From the NCBI GenBank assembly GCA_013696965.1, contig JACCXN010000035.1:14393-78392 (forward strand): DNA of 64,000 nucleotides, in the 5' to 3' direction. The notes beneath the pieces were generated by a model. That model made no database searches, was not told the DNA's origin, and worked only from the letters and a program-made list of their open reading frames with translations. Positions 61,482 to 64,000 of the stretch are shown piece by piece. This DNA comes from Bacteroidota bacterium (GTDB taxonomy: Bacteria > Bacteroidota > Bacteroidia > JACCXN01). How positions within the stretch are numbered: position 1 is the first letter of the stretch; each line of letters opens with the position of its first letter. Both the position numbers and the translations under genes were made by a program.

Positions 61482-61684
61482 TTTCATATGTATATAATTT
61501 GTTTTTTAATAGTCATCCCGATTTATCGGGAGCCAGGTTATCTTCATTAGTGTTTGTGCACTGTTCGGTGCATGGCTATTTCATATGTATATAATTTGTT
61601 TTTTAATTGACATCCCGATTTATCGGGATAGCCATGTTATATTCATTAGCGTTTGTGAACGGTTCGTGCATGGCTATTTCATAT
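61482..61684. repeat. Two tandem 97/98-bp structured repeats with an internal TCCCGAT-TT-ATCGGGA palindrome
   Basis: Units 61482-61578 and 61579-61676 plus a tttcatat stub; palindromes at 61516-61531 and 61612-61629. Confidence 0.9.
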
Positions 61685-62301
61685 TATGATTTGCCAATCT
61701 TAATAAGGTTTATTGCCAGAAAAATTTGCCAAACTGAATTTTTCGCTTCGGCTATGTTGTATAATTTTCCTGCAAGCCTATAATCATCAATGATTGGTAC
61801 TACTCCCCAATTATGCCTTAAACCCAGGCTAAATCTTTTAAAGTCAGCGGAAGTACCTGCAGAGAATCCATAATCAAAGAATTTAAAACTGTTTATTGTT
61901 ATGTTCTCTCGAAATCCTGGAATGATTGAAGTTATTTGACCATCGGAAAGTATTGAAGCGTAGGGGCCAAAGTGCAAATTAACGGTATTTGTAATATTCA
62001 AAACAAGGTATACTGGCAGCTCAATATAATTTAGGTGATAATCAAAATATTCACTTGAATGCCCCTTTGTATTGTATAACAGTTCTGGTTGAAGCGCTAA
62101 AAATCCGAAAATATTCAGTTTGGCAAAAACACCGGCATTGTAACCTGCATTGAATTGATTAATCCTTAGGTTTTCAATGCCAATATTAAAATGAGTCAGA
62201 TTAAATCCTCCCTTAATTCCAAGTTGTAATTGCCCATAACCTATTTGGATGGTTAGTAAAAAAAATAGTACAATAAGGCTTGCAAAGGGAATTTTTTTCA
62301 T
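61684..62301 (-). CDS. Outer-membrane beta-barrel (porin/PorT-like family)
   Basis: LGIKGGFN, LQPELLYNTKG, LNYIELPV, HFGPY, FDYG, KNSVWQ. Confidence 0.85.
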   Translation of the reverse strand: MKKIPFASLIVLFFLLTIQIGYGQLQLGIKGGFNLTHFNIGIENLRINQFNAGYNAGVFAKLNIFGFLALQPELLYNTKGHSSEYFDYHLNYIELPVYLVLNITNTVNLHFGPYASILSDGQITSIIPGFRENITINSFKFFDYGFSAGTSADFKRFSLGLRHNWGVVPIIDDYRLAGKLYNIAEAKNSVWQIFLAINLIKIGKS

Positions 62302-62408
62302 TTTTAAATATTCTTAATGTTTTTACCTCTTGAAAATTTTCTGCCAATATTAACAAAGCCCTTATGCTCACTTATTAAGGTTGGGATATGAAAATGCATA
62401 ATGTTTTC

Positions 62409-62522
62409 TGTGAAAATTTATCCTCATTGTTAGCTAAAGATTCCACAAGATGAAATTTGGCTAAAAAGCCTTCTGTGATATTTACAGCAATGATTTACAC
62501 ATATTGTGGAATTCATTTCACC
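62409..62522. promoter_or_regulatory. Two pairs of 18-bp sites between divergent TGGCAG boxes (62332-62346 minus; 62623-62637 plus)
   Basis: tgtgaaa-attt-atcctca then ..ttccaca at +21; ..ttacaca then tgtggaa-ttca-tttcacc at +21. Confidence 0.55.
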
Positions 62523-62677
62523 TTCTTTACACAATATGAATAGCAAGGATTGATGCAAGATTTCTTTCAACACCCCTTAAAATGAATGTTAAAAGGTCTT
62601 GTATTAGTTTGTGAAAAAAGTTTGGCAGTAAATTTCAAGCATAAACAAAGTGATTAGCATTTAATGCAATAAGCTTT

Positions 62678-63163
62678 ATGTCCTTAAAAAGAAGAATCAG
62701 TGTGTTTTATATAGAAGATTCAACAATAAGTTCGGTAATAACTGACCATAAACTTCGTGAAATAGCTGATTTTAGGATTTATCCTTATTGTTCTGCCGAG
62801 GTGGCTTTTAAAGATTTATACTTTAATCCTGATGTAATAATCCTAGATTATATTCTTCCGGGAATGAATGGTTTACAGGCCATTCAAAAATTCAAACAAA
62901 CTTATCCGGAAATTCCAATAATTATGCTTTCTGGTCAACAAAACATTGATGTGATAATTGATGTAATGCGTGCTGGAGCCTGTGAATACATGAGTAAGAA
63001 AAATTTTTCTGCAAGAGAATTGTATGAAAAAATTTGTAGCATTTATGATCAAAAACAACATGAAAAGAAAAAGCATTTGTTGGAAATGGCAATCAAAAAA
63101 ATACTGTTTTTAAGTTTTTTTATTTTGCTTTTTTCAGTAATTGTATGGTATAAATTAAAATAA
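62678..63163 (+). CDS. Receiver-domain protein with C-terminal TM helix
   Basis: YIED, ILDYILPGMNG, LSG, YMSK; tail KKILFLSFFILLFSVIVWYKLK. Confidence 0.85.
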   Translation: MSLKRRISVFYIEDSTISSVITDHKLREIADFRIYPYCSAEVAFKDLYFNPDVIILDYILPGMNGLQAIQKFKQTYPEIPIIMLSGQQNIDVIIDVMRAGACEYMSKKNFSARELYEKICSIYDQKQHEKKKHLLEMAIKKILFLSFFILLFSVIVWYKLK

Positions 63164-63167
63164 GTAA

Positions 63168-63554
63168 GTGATGAAAATACTAATAGTAGATGATGATCCG
63201 ATAATTCTGGAAACCTTAAGCAGAATATTGACGGCTGATGGATTTGAGGTAATTACGGCAAGTGATGGGGTAAAAGCATTTGATTTGTTGGAGGAAAAAA
63301 AAATCGACATGGTAATTAGCGATATAATGATGCCTAATATGTCAGGCCTGGGACTGCTAAAAATACTCAAAGAGCACTACCTTAAAAGGATTCCGGTAAT
63401 TCTTATTTCTTCACTTGACAAATGTGAAATTATTCTATCAGCATTAAAAATGGGAGCAGATGATTTTGTGCTTAAACCTGTGAATTTTCTTGAATTAAAG
63501 ATTAGAATAGAAAAGCAAATAAATGCCAAAGCAAGAGTTTTTCAGGATAAATAA
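63168..63554 (+). CDS. Single-domain response regulator
   Basis: LIVDDD, ISDIMMPNMSG, ISS, GADDFVLKP. Confidence 0.93.
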   Translation: MMKILIVDDDPIILETLSRILTADGFEVITASDGVKAFDLLEEKKIDMVISDIMMPNMSGLGLLKILKEHYLKRIPVILISSLDKCEIILSALKMGADDFVLKPVNFLELKIRIEKQINAKARVFQDK

Positions 63555-63603
63555 AATAGCTTTTTTTCAAGCTTAAAATTAATGGTAACATAACTATATA
63601 GTG

Positions 63604-64000
63604 ATGAGATGGATAATTAATAATATCAATAGAAAATGGCACATAAAAAAAATTGTGGGACTTGGTTTTGGGTTCGCCCTATTGATATCCGTTTTAAGCA
63701 GTATTGTTTCTTACTTAAGCACTAATCAGGTTTTAAAAGCCACTAATGAACTCTCCAATTCACATTTGTCCTATGGGATATTAAAAGAAATATTATCTGT
63801 TATTACCTATGCTGAGAGCTGTGAAAGAGCCTATGTAATTACTTCAAGTGATGAATACCTAAACTCTTATCACGAATCGGCACTAGTTGTTAAGTTAAAA
63901 ATTCAAGAACTAAAAGAATTAACAAAGGACCATTCCAGGCAATTTGGGAAAATAGAATTACTCGAACCTTTAATTAGTGAACGATTTGATATAATGGAGG
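63604..64000 (+). CDS. CHASE3-domain membrane sensor, 5' part only (runs off the window)
   Basis: Manual translation MRWIINN..IVGLGFGFALLISVLSSIVSY..AESCERAYVIT..EYLNSY..LKELTKD; open to the window end. Confidence 0.75.
   Translation, partial: MRWIINNINRKWHIKKIVGLGFGFALLISVLSSIVSYLSTNQVLKATNELSNSHLSYGILKEILSVITYAESCERAYVITSSDEYLNSYHESALVVKLKIQELKELTKDHSRQFGKIELLEPLISERFDIME

Noticed and set aside
61482-61684. Possible CRISPR array or fluoride riboswitch
   Set aside because: The whole unit is duplicated, so there are no distinct spacers; only a short AAACGCTAATGA resemblance to the fluoride motif, without its GGCGATGG stem.
63636-63725. ATG at 63636 as the sensor start
   Set aside because: That frame stops after about 29 codons; the CHASE3 frame starts at 63604.
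1-64000. rRNA, tRNA, prophage, known anti-phage or retron/DGR genes
   Set aside because: No cloverleaf, rRNA-like tract, phage structural gene or reverse transcriptase motif was recognised by eye; a covariance or HMM search could still find something I missed.

Overview
AT-rich bacterial chromosomal window from a Bacteroidota genome (T9SS cargo proteins, a PorP/SprF gene, TAnnTTTG promoter boxes). The first half is mostly housekeeping and envelope genes: ybbR-like, coaE, asmA-like, fused 2-oxoacid dehydrogenase E1, PadR-PspC, TerC, antiporters, rho and a Cys/Met PLP lyase, plus T9SS cargo genes and two tandem pentein enzymes. The second half is accessory and stress-type: a VTC/DUF4956/DUF2490 operon, DUF4142, STAS-GT2-DUF3131, a GH15-GT4-GH57-pgi alpha-glucan cluster and several two-component genes. 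The main unannotated signal is a recurring promoter architecture: tandem 18-bp palindromes (TGTGGAA-N4-TTCCACA-like, usually paired 21 bp apart) upstream of a (T/A)GGCA sigma54-like box at about 9 accessory loci, suggesting one undescribed regulon. Other notable items are three solitary, decayed cassette-like inserts with attC-like ends (a collapsed T9SS gene, a toxin-antitoxin pair, an ars operon), an IS30 remnant with a tandemly repeated end, a Tat+T9SS intradiol dioxygenase, a Rho with an (N-X)n tract, an apparent pseudo-enzyme gene pair, and a 97/98-bp structured tandem repeat carrying minigenes. No rRNA, tRNA or CRISPR array was seen. All family calls are by motif recognition, not database search.
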